A stretch of 64,000 bases of DNA. Source: Cyanophora paradoxa CCMP329. Taxonomy: Eukaryota > Plantae > Glaucophyta. The DNA is taken from positions 186,001 to 250,000 of the forward strand of contig QPMI01000472.1 of NCBI GenBank assembly GCA_004431415.1, read 5' to 3'. The position numbers and the translations under genes are program-made. Each line of letters starts with the position of its first letter. The stretch's first letter is position 1. The notes below the pieces were generated by a model. That model made no database searches, was not told the DNA's origin, and saw nothing but the letters and a program-made list of their open reading frames with translations. Positions 1 to 11,116 of the stretch are shown piece after piece.

Positions 1-432
1 GAGCCTTTCATGGCTAGACCTTCAGCATTTGGCTGGGAAGCTGGAGCCTATGCTCCTGAACAGATATGGGAAACCCCCACTGAATACCTTCAAGTTGCTT
101 TCCCATATACTTTTGAACTCTCCTCTGTGATTGCCTATGGATCAGGGGACACCAATGCTTTTATTAAGACTTTCAATGTGGCAACATCCACTGATGGGAT
201 CAACTGGTCTTTTATTCGATCAGATGGGCAGAACAAAATGTATATGTGTGAGAACATTAACAATGCTCACAACTCTGGTGATGTGGCTCTATTGAGTGGA
301 TTTCCTCTAAGCATCAAGGATGCTTTTTACATAGGTTTCTCTCTCAGAATTAAATATATTCGCATTTATCCCCTTGTGTATGTGAATGCTCCCACAATGA
401 GAGTTGACTTTACAGGTGCCTTTATTCGATAA
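1..432 (+). CDS. F5/8 type C (discoidin) domain; probable C-terminus of a patatin-discoidin protein (5' part outside window)
   Basis: Motifs EYLQVAF, FIKTFNVATSTDGINW and YIRIYP...MRVDFTG; syntenic with the discoidin end of B's 25680-27171 gene. Confidence 0.75.
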   Translation, partial: EPFMARPSAFGWEAGAYAPEQIWETPTEYLQVAFPYTFELSSVIAYGSGDTNAFIKTFNVATSTDGINWSFIRSDGQNKMYMCENINNAHNSGDVALLSGFPLSIKDAFYIGFSLRIKYIRIYPLVYVNAPTMRVDFTGAFIR

Positions 433-1353
433 ACTCCAACTGAAACGAATTATCGATTCCATTCATATCAATCAGTTCACCAAAGTAATCTTTAAACTCC
501 ACAGTGAGTTCCCTTATCACCAGGTTTCTGTCATTTATCTGAATAAATTCTGCATGTTCACCACTATGGTAAACATAGCCACCTATATCTTTACTCAATT
601 GTAATCTAAGGATAGCTCCCTGGTTTTGTGGTTGCGATTTTGGAATTATATTATGTCTACTTGCAAAGGGGGCAAGCTCTTTAATATGCATGTACAGATA
701 CTGCTCAGCATTCATATCAGACATCCTATTACTGGTGAAATAATACTGCAAGGGCTTTGAGGAGAGTCTGGGTCCTGAGAAGGTGATTCCCCATGCTGGG
801 TGATCAGGTGTAATAGGTTTGCCATCATACTTTAAAAGGTTCTCAGGTCGATATGGAGATCCACCAACAGGAGGAGTGCTATAATACCCAGTGGTGTATT
901 CAGTAGAACTTACACCCAAAAGCTTCCCTATTCGCTTGTTGCTTGCAATAAAACGGAACTCATGGTTACTGTAAAACTCCACTTTATAGGTAGTTGGATT
1001 GTAGAATATCTTGAACTCAAAAAACACAGTTTTATCTGCAATGGTTTTGAAGCTTGAATAGTTCAGCCCATAATTATAGGGATGTGTGACCCCAAAATGA
1101 CCCTGGTTAATGTAGCCACTGGGAAGGGATACACTTTCTGTGTGATGATTTCATTGTATGAACCATCTTGGTAGTTAAAATCAACTGTTAAATGATCAGT
1201 TCCCACACTGTTATAGATACTGTTTGGAATCTCTGCATAGAGAACCCTGCATTCTCTTGGTCTCTCTACTGGAGTTGTGAGGGTGACCCTGTAAGAGTTT
1301 TCAGATTCCCCTTGGCTTCTATCCCTGCTATCAATATTAACAAGTCGATTCAT
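422..1353 (-). CDS. Minor capsid/penton-like protein 1 (frameshift near 1060-1125)
   Basis: N-terminal VNIDSRDR...YRVTL...RVLYAEIPNS and C-terminal YLYMHIKEL...LTVEFKDYFGELIDMNGIDNSFQLEF; homologous to B 24828-25673. Confidence 0.7.
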
Positions 1354-1382
1354 TTTAATATATAAATATAGATAAAAGAAGA

Positions 1383-2392
1383 ATGCCTGTGGATTACATC
1401 GAGGTTAGCTCATTTAATACAATCTCTGGTGATGGTCCCACATCAAGCTTTGTGGCTAGACTCCCAGTAGTTATGAGAATGTGAGGGCTGTGAGACTGGT
1501 ATCAGCCGAATTTTATAACAGCATCCCTATGGTGAGTGGGGAAACCAAAGTAGGAGATGTAACAATCGACAATTCATTTAGTATTTACTATTCTGAAGAA
1601 CTTGCAGGAGCTGGAATTGATGGTATCCCCACAGTTCGCCCAGCTGAGGACTTTGAACAGTGGAAACAAATCATTATAAGTCGCAAAGCCCCCATCCAAA
1701 GCCACCAACAACTGGTGAATGTTATTAATGAAAAGTTCGATTTAAAAAATCCTAAACCATCTCTTCGCTGCAAATGGGATGAGTCACTGAAACGAATAGT
1801 ATTCCATTCCGAAAAACGTTTTTACCTGGCTTTCTCACTTGCTGTAAATCCAAACCTGCAAACAATTCAAAAGCTATTGAGTTCAGGTAGACTGCTTGGT
1901 CTTGATCCTGGAAGATATGGCAATTCCTCAATCCAATCACAAGTGTATGATGCTCTCACTGATGGTATCTTTACTGGAACTCGAGTAAACGGTATTATAT
2001 CTTCATTTGAGCCTGAGAAGACCAGGGACAGTGTTTTGTTTGTGAGAGTAAAAGAGCTGGGTGATCTGGTGCAATGTGGGGATGGTCTTCTGACTGGTTA
2101 CTTCCATAAAATAGTGGTCCCTGACAAAGACTATGGTGAGCATGTAGTTTACAATTCAACAGAGGCTCATCCACTTTACAAATACTATAATAAGAAAGTT
2201 GGATTATCCACTTTCTCGGTTGATATTGTAAATGCTATTAATGAACCAATTGATTTTGAGGGTCAACCTGTTCATCTTACCTTTGAAATTCGCTATGGTG
2301 ATGAGCCAGCTGGGGACCCAGTTTATGAATACTTTAAGATGAGAATGTCACAGCTTCACCCTTCCTATCCAGTTATTACAAGCTTCGCATAA
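1383..2392 (+). CDS. Minor capsid/penton-like protein 2 (1-nt frameshift in C run near 1463)
   Basis: ATG at 1383 (MPVDYIEVSS); one extra C gives LPSSYENVRAVRLVSAE, matching B's LPRRYDNVKSVRLVQA; C-terminal FSVDIVNAINEPIDFEG...LTFEI. Confidence 0.7.
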
Positions 2393-2445
2393 ATTAAGGA
2401 TCATTGGTAGATTTTTTATGTTGCAGTATAATAAAAGAGAATATA

Positions 2446-3812
2446 ATGGATATCACTTCCACTCTTCAAAGACTTTCGCTGAAAGAAGCCCTAACAACCC
2501 CAGAGGAGGCGAAAGCCTTTTTCCTGGATAACTCCCTTATGCTTGGTCTCGAATCCAAGTCTAAGCCAGTTCTAGTTGTTGTGAATCCCAGCAATACTTT
2601 TGAGAATAATGTAGGAAATCGCATTTCCTTCAAGCTACCTCGCTACAATTTCTGTGGAAAACTCGAACTTGCTTTCGACCTACCAGAAATCACTTTTGCT
2701 GGTGAAGATCTAGTTCGCAATGGATACACTCGCCCAGTTGGTGCTTTAGTTCAGCGACTTGAAATTACCTATGGATCTTACACCTACCACATCCCTTCTG
2801 ATTTCCTTGCTCAATTCCCCCTGGTCTATTATTCGGAGGATCAACTAGCTAAAAAGAAACGCTCAATGGGCATGGTTCATGGTATCCCTGCTCATGGAAC
2901 CAACCGACTTGGTGGCTCATTTTTCGTTGAAATCCCAGTGCCTTGGCTAAATCACTATCTTCCCCTTGGTGCTTTATCTGGTGAAATGGTTGTTACTGTT
3001 TGGTTTAAGGATGCTGGAAAGGGTTATGTTGAAACTTCCTATGGTGGTCGCTCTCTCCCTGTTGTTGGTGGGACAGCTGCTGATAAGACAGAAGATGATG
3101 GTCTTGGTGATACTGCTAATGCTACACTTGCCCATGTTGGTCAAAACATCACCACTTTCAGTCTTGGTGCAACAACCCTGCTATTTCAATTACTTCTCCT
3201 CGCCTTTACATGCATGCTATTAATGTTTCTGATGAGCTTTTCGCTACTGTAATTGAAAAAGTAAAGACAACTGGCATGGCTATTCCCTCCCTTGATATTG
3301 GATTTGTAGATGCCATTGCTTTTGCTGCCAAGGGCAATGCCCAGCCCAATCGAATTAACCTCTCTCAAATCTCAGGTCTTGTCTATGCTCTGCTTGTTTC
3401 AGTTCGTGATTATGAGACTGTTGACAAATCCAATGGCTCCCACAGTGTTCTTAAGACCTATGCCAACTCCAAAGAGATAACATTCACTGTGGAAATAAAT
3501 GGTCAGCGTCTCTATGCCACTGAGCCAATTTCCCTACTCAAAGGTGCTGAGCTAATTGCTGATGCATTCAAATGCTCTAACATGGACAAGGTCGCAGATA
3601 AATATGTCCTTTCAGGTTTAAGTTTCTGCATTGATGGAGAGAAGGCGATTCGAAATATTGCTCAAAGTGGATTTGTTGACCTGACAAATTCCTCATCTTC
3701 ATTCCTCACACTCTACATGCCCACAGATAAGACAATCAATGTTCAAGTTCGCGCTCTCATGCATAGTTTCCTCATTATAGACGGTTCAGGTGTTCGTAGA
3801 ATCAATTTATAG
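2446..3812 (+). CDS. Major capsid protein, double jelly-roll (1-nt frameshift at about 3176-3178)
   Basis: Colinear with B MCP over both ORF halves; GNRISFKLPR...LAFDLPEI and YLPLGALSGEMVVTVWF resemble NCLDV MCP motifs; lies upstream of the A32 ATPase. Confidence 0.8.
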
Positions 3813-3871
3813 ACCATTTTCAGTCTCCCTGCATTATTTTTATCTGTCTTTATTTAGGAAGATCTACAACA

Positions 3872-4654
3872 ATGCAAGATTTAGAAGAGTTTAATGTCTC
3901 TGAAATGATTAAAGGTGTTTTCAGAGCCATTTTTATAGGCAAAAGTTGTACGGGAAAAAGCGAATGTGTAAAGTATTGGTTAAAGCAATTACATGATGCC
4001 AAAGTTATTGATGTTGTCCTAGTTGTGAGTGGGACCAGCTTCAATCATTTCTGGAGAGAGGTTGCAACAGTAGAACTTGGTAAATGGGATGCCGGTTACA
4101 TTTCAAAGCTTTTGGATGAAAGGCAGGAGAAAATCGAAAAGGGTGAACCTGTCAACCACATGTGTGTTGTTTTAGATGATTTAATTGATAATGAGATAAT
4201 TGATTTAACCAGAGACAAGGTGGTGTCATCTCTGTACAGTAGGGGCAGACACTCGAAAATATCCATTATCTGCATCACACAAAAGCTTAGAAAAGTCTCT
4301 TCGACTATTCGAGTTAATTCTGATTATGCTGTTTTCCTGAGTGCTGCTAATCGCAAAGAACTTGAAGCCATAGAGGAAGAATACAATATAATGCGAAACA
4401 AGGAGGACTTTTACAAAATGTTTGAAGAGTATGTCCACTCCTATCAGTATATCGTTTGGTCCTCTGCTGGCTACTCTGTTAAATACTTTGTAGATAAAGC
4501 TGAGCTTGTCAAAGACTTCCCATTTCCTCGCTTCCACAGAAAGCCAAAAAAGAAAGAAGATGAACTGAAACCACCAGAAAAAGAGGAAGCCCCAAAAGAA
4601 GTGAAAAGCCAAGTCCATAGCAATAAATTGATGCGATATAAACGCGGTTTATAA
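3872..4654 (+). CDS. A32-like (FtsK-HerA) genome packaging ATPase
   Basis: Walker A GKSCTGKS, Walker B VVLDD, SRGRH and ITQ motifs. Confidence 0.92.
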   Translation: MQDLEEFNVSEMIKGVFRAIFIGKSCTGKSECVKYWLKQLHDAKVIDVVLVVSGTSFNHFWREVATVELGKWDAGYISKLLDERQEKIEKGEPVNHMCVVLDDLIDNEIIDLTRDKVVSSLYSRGRHSKISIICITQKLRKVSSTIRVNSDYAVFLSAANRKELEAIEEEYNIMRNKEDFYKMFEEYVHSYQYIVWSSAGYSVKYFVDKAELVKDFPFPRFHRKPKKKEDELKPPEKEEAPKEVKSQVHSNKLMRYKRGL

Positions 4655-4682
4655 AATTATCTCTCATTCTAATAAAGATACA

Positions 4683-5720
4683 ATGCCTCCCAAACGAAAA
4701 ATAGGGATCCCAGCTGGGGCTGTTGGCTATTCAGGTGGTGGAAACAATGGATCTATTAACACTGAACCAATGAAATTCAATGGTATGAACGAAATCAAAC
4801 CCTCACAACCCCAAGAAGACCCCCTAAATGCTGCCTATGAGGAATCAGTCGATGACAAAGCCCCACAAAGTTCAACTGCTGACCAACTCAACATCTCACC
4901 AGAAGCCTCAAAGATGAAGTCTGTTGCTGAGGGTGCCAGGCGAATTATTGGTGCTGCTGATGATAAAGGTTTAGGCTTGCAAGATCTGTCATTGGCTTGC
5001 AAAGGTGAAGGTCTAAGTAAAGAATCAGACAAGGTTATTCAGTCTATGGCTGGTGAAGTCACATACAAGACTGCTCCCACTCAAAATATTCATCGAATTC
5101 CCAAGGCTCAATGGGATGAGATGACTGCTAAACTCAAAGATCTGGAAGCCAAATCCAGTGCTTTGGAGCAGTATGTTGCTGAGAAGAAAGAGAGAGCCAA
5201 GCTAAAGGAGATGCTTCGAAAGGAAGTTTATAAAATGGGAATCACTGGTGTCCCAGATAAACAGTTTATTGCTAAGAAAGAGAACCAAATCGATGAGCAG
5301 GCAGTAGATGAAATGAAAACAAAGACCCAAAAGGGAACCATTGAACCTGGTGCCACCAAAGCTGAAGTAGAAAAGGGAGTTGCCCCAACAGTATATAAAG
5401 ACGAGTTTGGCTTTAATTTTCTCTGTTTTATTAGAGATATGGACATAATACGAAAGTTCTTCGAGATGTTCAGTCTGCATGTGGTGAGCAATTGCCACAG
5501 TGGATGTTGTGAGACAACAGTGGAGTTTGAGATGTCAGATAATGAGGATAATGCCTCAGAAGCAAGAGAGAGAAGGAGATCAACAGTTTCTGTGGAGTCA
5601 ATGCCAGCAGACCCCACAGAGTATACATATGAGCAACAGGAGCAACAGGAGTATCCAAGGAGAAGTTCTCTGCCAGCAGAAAACGTTTTCTCTGGGAATA
5701 TAAATGGAGGATACTATTAG
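4683..5720 (+). CDS. Conserved PLV hypothetical protein(s): coiled-coil protein plus Cys-motif protein (probably two genes, second start near 5439)
   Basis: N-part homologous to B 20133-20816; C-part (EMFSLHVVSNCHSGCCETTVE) homologous to B 19494-19928. Confidence 0.65.
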   Translation: MPPKRKIGIPAGAVGYSGGGNNGSINTEPMKFNGMNEIKPSQPQEDPLNAAYEESVDDKAPQSSTADQLNISPEASKMKSVAEGARRIIGAADDKGLGLQDLSLACKGEGLSKESDKVIQSMAGEVTYKTAPTQNIHRIPKAQWDEMTAKLKDLEAKSSALEQYVAEKKERAKLKEMLRKEVYKMGITGVPDKQFIAKKENQIDEQAVDEMKTKTQKGTIEPGATKAEVEKGVAPTVYKDEFGFNFLCFIRDMDIIRKFFEMFSLHVVSNCHSGCCETTVEFEMSDNEDNASEARERRRSTVSVESMPADPTEYTYEQQEQQEYPRRSSLPAENVFSGNINGGYY

Positions 5721-5949
5721 TTTAATCGAGTTTACCAGTGATGAACCTGTTACTGAGGGTTCTATAAGACACATTCTAGCAATGCAGAAACGATATAGAG
5801 ACGACCCAGCATATAGAGAGTATAAGAAGCAACAAGCCCTGGCATCCTATTATCGCAGAAAAGCCCAAAAAGAGGAGCAGAGACCCAGAGGAAGACCGAT
5901 TAAATATTATTTGCCAACTGATAGTAGCAGTGGACCCCCAGGTCTATAA
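5704..5949 (+). CDS. Small basic AT-hook-like DNA-binding protein
   Basis: RYRDDPAYRE...YYRRK...RPRGRP; homologous to B 18956-19369. Confidence 0.6.
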   Translation: MEDTISLIEFTSDEPVTEGSIRHILAMQKRYRDDPAYREYKKQQALASYYRRKAQKEEQRPRGRPIKYYLPTDSSSGPPGL

Positions 5950-6031
5950 GAAAATTGAGAAAAAGCGGTCTCAGTATGCTACTGAGGCAGCTATAAAAAT
6001 ATATACAAAGGAATTGGCTTTATACTTGCAA

Positions 6032-6259
6032 TCAAGTCACAGATAACTTTTGTAAATATGCTTTTGTTGTTTTTTTTTTTGCATTCTCAGACACTGAAAC
6101 AGTAATGTGAATGTTAACTGATCTATTTCTCTTTGGTTTAGCTGCATACATATTGTAACCTATCAATCTCTGTGACATTTCGATATATGCTCCAATATCT
6201 CCATGCTTTATGCATTTATCTAACTCAGTCATGGTCATCTCATCAAGAGTCTTTGCCAT
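6032..6259 (-). CDS. Small hypothetical protein
   Basis: ATG at 6259 preceded by AAAATTTGA/TACTTAAGG motifs shared with neighbouring genes. Confidence 0.45.
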   Translation of the reverse strand: MAKTLDEMTMTELDKCIKHGDIGAYIEMSQRLIGYNMYAAKPKRNRSVNIHITVSVSENAKKKTTKAYLQKLSVT

Positions 6260-6326
6260 TTTGTCTTCACTATACACAATCAAGTAAGCCTTAAGTATTC
6301 TTGTCAAATTTTGGTCTTTTTCGATA

Positions 6327-6438
6327 GGTGTGACGGGTGTGACAGGTGTGACAGGTGTGACAGGTCTATCCCATCGATTTGGAAGATCAACTTTTCACCA
6401 GGGCTTTCCTTGGGATGGACCTGTCACACCTGTCACAC
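6327..6438. repeat. Inverted 9-bp iteron arrays (GTGACAGGT / ACCTGTCAC) around a spacer; putative replication origin
   Basis: About four left-arm and two right-arm copies, 60 bp downstream of the D5 helicase stop codon. Confidence 0.65.
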
Positions 6439-6497
6439 AAACCATTTTCAGTAAGGCTATAAAAATATATGTAAATCTCAATCATCAATCGTTTTGT

Positions 6498-8825
6498 TTA
6501 ATATTCGGCATCATCTTCATTGTCTTCCTGAACCCTTGTTATCTTTCGAATCCCAATATATCCTCTGGCAAGAATACCATTAACTCGTTTTCTTTCCGAT
6601 TTAACATTGAAGATCTCCCTTACTCTTTTCATCACAGATACACATTCAACTTTATCATCAACACTTTTGTATGATCTGTAAATGATATCACTGGAAACAA
6701 AGTCGTTAGCATTATGTGTAACCTCGAAATTATCTCGAAGCCATTCACCAATCTTATCATTTTCAGCTATAAAGTTAATTCCCTGTTCAATAATCGATTG
6801 AGGGGGACTTCTTAAGATCTCCTCAACCTCTTTGTTCTTCCACATATCCAGTAATATCTTCATGTGAGCCATCTTATACTCATCATCATTGTGAAGAAGT
6901 GTGAACAGAGTTGGATCAGCTTTCTTCTGACCAGCTTCTGGCTTCTCTCTGAATATATTATTGAATCTCTGATAGGAAAGCCTTCTTTGAATTGCAAAGT
7001 CTGGTTTGTTTATAGTCAAATTGTCATTGGTTGTAATGTAAACTTGAAACATTGGAGTGAGGATAACTGGATCTTTGAACAAGGCTCTCACAGTCATTTC
7101 ATTTCCACCTGTGACCTCCTTAATCTTGGAGATCTGCAGTTTATCACCATCTTCAGCCTCATTACTGAATACAAGTCGCTTTCCAAGGAGTTTGGCAAGT
7201 TCAGGAGTAGCCTCTGATGAGTTCTTTTTAGGCTTAGTCCAATAGGATATTTCGAGAGGGCTGTAATAACGACCAGATATCTGTTTGCAGTATTCCTGAA
7301 CAAGTGATTTCCCATTAGCACCAGCACCAGTCCACATGTAGAACTTCTGGGATTTAGTTGATCCACTAAGAGCAATTGCAATGGATGCCAGAAGATACTT
7401 TCGCTCTGCTGGATCATCCACAATCTCTTTATAAATCTGATTGAGATGCTCTATTTTCTTGGGGTCTACATTTTCAGTATAGTCATAACCCACAGTCTTG
7501 CTCACCATATCTTCCAGTTTACCCTTTCTGAAAGTCATAGTTGTCAGATCAAATACACCATTTTCGAATCCAATCACATATGGTACAGTGTCAATCTTCT
7601 CAAAGAATTCATCATCATTCAGCAGTGGGACCAAGTCAGTCAGAAGGGATTTGCGAAATCCTGATTGTTTAAGATTTTTGGCAATGGTCATTAATGTTTT
7701 GGATCTTTCTTCGAAAGTTGCTTTGTTTTCCTCATCCTTTAAAGCTCTTTGACTATAATGCACAGCCCTCCCAAGGTATTGGGGGACAACAAGACGGCTT
7801 ATATCTAGGTAAATCTTTAGGTTTGTGTCATCAAGCTCCCAAATCCCAGTATCAGTATTGAGTTTGAACCATGACTTTTTGGAGTATCTCCAAGTGTGTT
7901 TCAGAACCTCTTTGCATACTAAACTTACATCATAATGAGCGCCACCAGAACCAGCGGATTTATCTATAAGATTGAAGATATCAGATTGCATTCCAATGCA
8001 GATAAATCGTTTTTTGCAATTTCCACTGTAGCTTGACACAATGTATTTGTTATCATCTCCTTTGGCTTTCATAACATACCAGTTATTCGATTCATGTGAA
8101 CCATTGCAGCATGGGCAATTCAGTCCCTTGTTAGCAGCATCAAAGTTAAAGCCAAGTTCAGTTTTAGAGATTATATTGGGATGCATAAATCCCATATCCA
8201 CCAGCTCTTTGATAATATTGTTTTCCAGTTCATCATGTGAGGTAGCATGAGCAGTATACTCGCTCTTATAGATGTAATTGTCTATAATCCACTTTTTGAA
8301 GTCATCAGTAGGCTCATTGAAATCACAGGTATCATCCCATGGGGAGATCACCCAAGCCTTGTTGACACTGGGACAAACATTAATTAATCCAGAAGTTCCA
8401 GTTCCAGTGATTGTTTTCAGGTCAACCTTTTCAAAGCCTTTAAAGCCAGGAGCCTTATCGGTGATTTTGAGTTTAGTGAACTCCTCAGGTCGTTTAAAGT
8501 AGACATGATAGCCTTTTTTAGTTTTTGCCATGGGTTGATTGGCATCAAAGTCATCAGGAAACATATCTCGGAATTTCTCAAAGTTCTCCTCATCATCAAA
8601 GTCAATAACCATCATGTTGTCTGAGAGCAGAATGCCCCAAGATACATACTGATTAGTTGCCAGCGCTTCTTCATACTTTTCCCAGGACCAAGCACCTCCC
8701 TTATGCTTGAAAACAGGGTCTTTGCTGTCAGGTTTCACTGGGATAATCATGTTTTTGGCTAGATCCTCATCAGATCTGAGCCAGTTAGCGAGCGATTTGA
8801 GCGATTTAGTCTGTTTGGCGTTCAT
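6498..8825 (-). CDS. Bifunctional primase-polymerase fused to D5-like SF3 helicase
   Basis: VIDFD and TKKGYHVYF (PrimPol); CPCCNGSH zinc site; IGFENGVFDL (D5_N); Walker A GAGANGKS; VFSNE; ITTND. Confidence 0.93.
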   Translation of the reverse strand: MNAKQTKSLKSLANWLRSDEDLAKNMIIPVKPDSKDPVFKHKGGAWSWEKYEEALATNQYVSWGILLSDNMMVIDFDDEENFEKFRDMFPDDFDANQPMAKTKKGYHVYFKRPEEFTKLKITDKAPGFKGFEKVDLKTITGTGTSGLINVCPSVNKAWVISPWDDTCDFNEPTDDFKKWIIDNYIYKSEYTAHATSHDELENNIIKELVDMGFMHPNIISKTELGFNFDAANKGLNCPCCNGSHESNNWYVMKAKGDDNKYIVSSYSGNCKKRFICIGMQSDIFNLIDKSAGSGGAHYDVSLVCKEVLKHTWRYSKKSWFKLNTDTGIWELDDTNLKIYLDISRLVVPQYLGRAVHYSQRALKDEENKATFEERSKTLMTIAKNLKQSGFRKSLLTDLVPLLNDDEFFEKIDTVPYVIGFENGVFDLTTMTFRKGKLEDMVSKTVGYDYTENVDPKKIEHLNQIYKEIVDDPAERKYLLASIAIALSGSTKSQKFYMWTGAGANGKSLVQEYCKQISGRYYSPLEISYWTKPKKNSSEATPELAKLLGKRLVFSNEAEDGDKLQISKIKEVTGGNEMTVRALFKDPVILTPMFQVYITTNDNLTINKPDFAIQRRLSYQRFNNIFREKPEAGQKKADPTLFTLLHNDDEYKMAHMKILLDMWKNKEVEEILRSPPQSIIEQGINFIAENDKIGEWLRDNFEVTHNANDFVSSDIIYRSYKSVDDKVECVSVMKRVREIFNVKSERKRVNGILARGYIGIRKITRVQEDNEDDAEY

Positions 8826-9038
8826 TTTCAGCGATTGGGGGTCCCTTTTATATATATAGAAGATTTTTCTTTAAGTAGTTTTGGGTCCCCCAATCATTTT
8901 TTGTTGGAAATCGAGAAAGTATCCCTACGAAATTTATCCACATGATATATCGAGTGGTTCAGATACAAAAACGATAAAGTAGTATTTCAGCGAGTAAACA
9001 GCATATCCCCAGCCTAGTAATATGCTGGGAAAAATAAT

Positions 9039-9293
9039 TTAGACATGTTTCGATTTTCTCCCTCTGTTTGAGTAAGGGACATCATACAAATACTTGACAA
9101 AGCAGACTGCATTGGCTGCATACTTTCGCTGACATGAACTTGCTATTTTCATGGCTCTATAGGTATCATCGGTTTGATATAGATCTCTTAGCTGTGTGGC
9201 TATTTTTTCGTTAAACTTTTTGATTTGAGCCTTACCTTTTTCAGTTTGCTGGTACCTCTTCATAGCTCTCTTCTGGGCTTCACTGAGTGGCAT
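9039..9293 (-). CDS. Small basic hypothetical protein
   Basis: MPLSEAQKRAMKRYQ-type N-terminus; upstream AAAAAATGATTTAAAG motif. Confidence 0.55.
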   Translation of the reverse strand: MPLSEAQKRAMKRYQQTEKGKAQIKKFNEKIATQLRDLYQTDDTYRAMKIASSCQRKYAANAVCFVKYLYDVPYSNRGRKSKHV

Positions 9294-9348
9294 TTTCCTC
9301 TGTCTCTCTTAATATATATAGAGAATTCTTTAAATCATTTTTTGTTGC

Positions 9349-9666
9349 TCAGCCAAATGTAATTGTTTCAACATCACATGCATTGTAGTCCAGAATGTTG
9401 AATAAGGTGAACTCTGGATACTGTAATGTGTTTCTACAGAATGGGCATTTTGTATTCCCGACTATTTCCTCTTGCTGTTTCATGCATCCAATACAGACTG
9501 TCTTGAAGCATTGATCACATACAAACTGATCATAGCTAGTCTCATCACATTTACATAAACTGCATAGAATTCGTTTATATTCTGAGTTTTCACAGGTTTC
9601 ATTTCTTTCTTTAATACTTCTCATGATGGCTGAAATACTAAGCGTTCTTTGACCGTCCGGATTCAT
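9349..9666 (-). CDS. RING-like zinc finger protein
   Basis: CSLC...CDQC...CIGC...CPFCR; likely start MNPDGQ at 9666. Confidence 0.65.
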   Translation of the reverse strand: MNPDGQRTLSISAIMRSIKERNETCENSEYKRILCSLCKCDETSYDQFVCDQCFKTVCIGCMKQQEEIVGNTKCPFCRNTLQYPEFTLFNILDYNACDVETITFG

Positions 9667-9778
9667 TCTTGCTATTTGGCTTCTATATATATACAATATA
9701 AAAATTCCTTTAAGTATTTTCGCGTTCGGAATATCCCCATTTAAAACCTCCCCTTTTAGTAGGAACAAGTTAGGAACT

Positions 9779-11116
9779 ATGCCCCGAATCAGCAACAGAC
9801 TCATAAGAGAGAAGAAATGGGAACTCATGGGATTACTAGGAACACTGTATGCAGCCCATGAAATCACAGAGGCTGAATATGACCGGGAAATCGGATTTAT
9901 TTCAAGGGGCAGACCCACTTTAGCAAAATTAACCAGAAAAGCAAATAACCTCTATGACAAAGTTGAAACTCTTGATGAATTGGATCGCCTGAGGCAAATA
10001 GAACCAGAGGCAGAAGATGGAACAGCTATGAATGAATTATATCGCTGGCTCACTTACAGAGCCAGAAGGGAAGTTGTTGTTGATGTGATTGAATATTTAG
10101 ATAGAATTGCAACCTCTCTACCAAAACGTTTAAGAGACAGTCTAGATCAATTCAGGGCAATCAAAGTTCGCTTATCGTTTATCTGCAAGTTCGTAAAAGT
10201 CAGCAATCCACAGGTTTGGATATCGAAATACATTTACAGCGATTATTTTGTATTAACCAAATCGAGAAATATTCGAACTGAGCTGAATAAAGCAGCCCAA
10301 ATGTGTCAGGAGCAGATGAATGTTGTTGATAGCTATCGATTGGAGAGAATCGAAATGCTCAGAGTTGCTATTATGAGTTATGCCCCAACTGGTGGTTGCT
10401 ATGTTAAAACACCTGATTCAATTGCAGCCAAGAGAGCCACAGTGAATATTCGAAATATTGATGATTCTTGCTTCGAAAATGCAGTTTTGGCATGGATCCA
10501 TAGGAAAGATGTGAATTCCCACAAGAGAAGTGAGCTTACACAATATCGCAAATGGAAATACTCACCAACTACATACAATCCTTTGGCACTCAATTTCGAT
10601 AACATCCCATTCCCTGTTCCCTGTGATGCTGAAATCATTGATAAATTCGAATCTCAAAATGCAGGCATCAGCATAAACATATTTGGAATGGATCGAGATG
10701 TTATATATCCCCTACATCAATCCAGCAACCCAGGCAGAAAGCAAAAGATTAATCTCATGCTCATTCATGATGATGAAGGGAATGGTCACTATATTACAAT
10801 CATGTCCCTTTCAAGACTTCTCAGAGTTGCCCTTGATAAAACCAAGGATCAAAAGTTACACTACTGTGATACATGCTTATCTCGATTCAGGTCTGAGGCT
10901 AAACTCACTGCTCATGTGGACTCAAACAGATGCATTGATTGGAGACTCTCAAAAGGAATCACCCCTAAACCTGAGACCACCATAGAGTTTGGACTGAAAA
11001 ACCTTAGGAAAACTGTGTGGCTTCCTGTTGTGGTCTACTGCAAGATTGAACATAGAAGCATCCCCATTGATGCATCGAAATCCAAGAGGGAAGTCTCAGC
11101 AGTCAACATTAGAATA
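9779..11116 (+). CDS. Protein-primed DNA polymerase B of element A, 5' half (interrupted by element B)
   Basis: VNIRNIDDSCF...GHYITI (Cys/His, OTU-like region) and YCDTCLSRF...H zinc finger typical of Polinton pPolB N-termini; joins in frame to 36449. Confidence 0.88.
11111..11116 (+). repeat. Target site duplication AGAATA, left copy
   Basis: Identical 6-mer at 36443-36448, directly outside both TIRs. Confidence 0.95.

Noticed and set aside
4683-5720. Genuine gene fusion in A of two genes that are separate in B
   Set aside because: The junction (5414-5438) looks like the element's usual intergenic sequence with an out-of-frame TAA and its own ATG; a missing base is more likely.
6327-6438. 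CRISPR array (also the 46237-46652 repeats)
   Set aside because: Short 9-bp units in inverted arrangement, no unique spacers and no cas genes.
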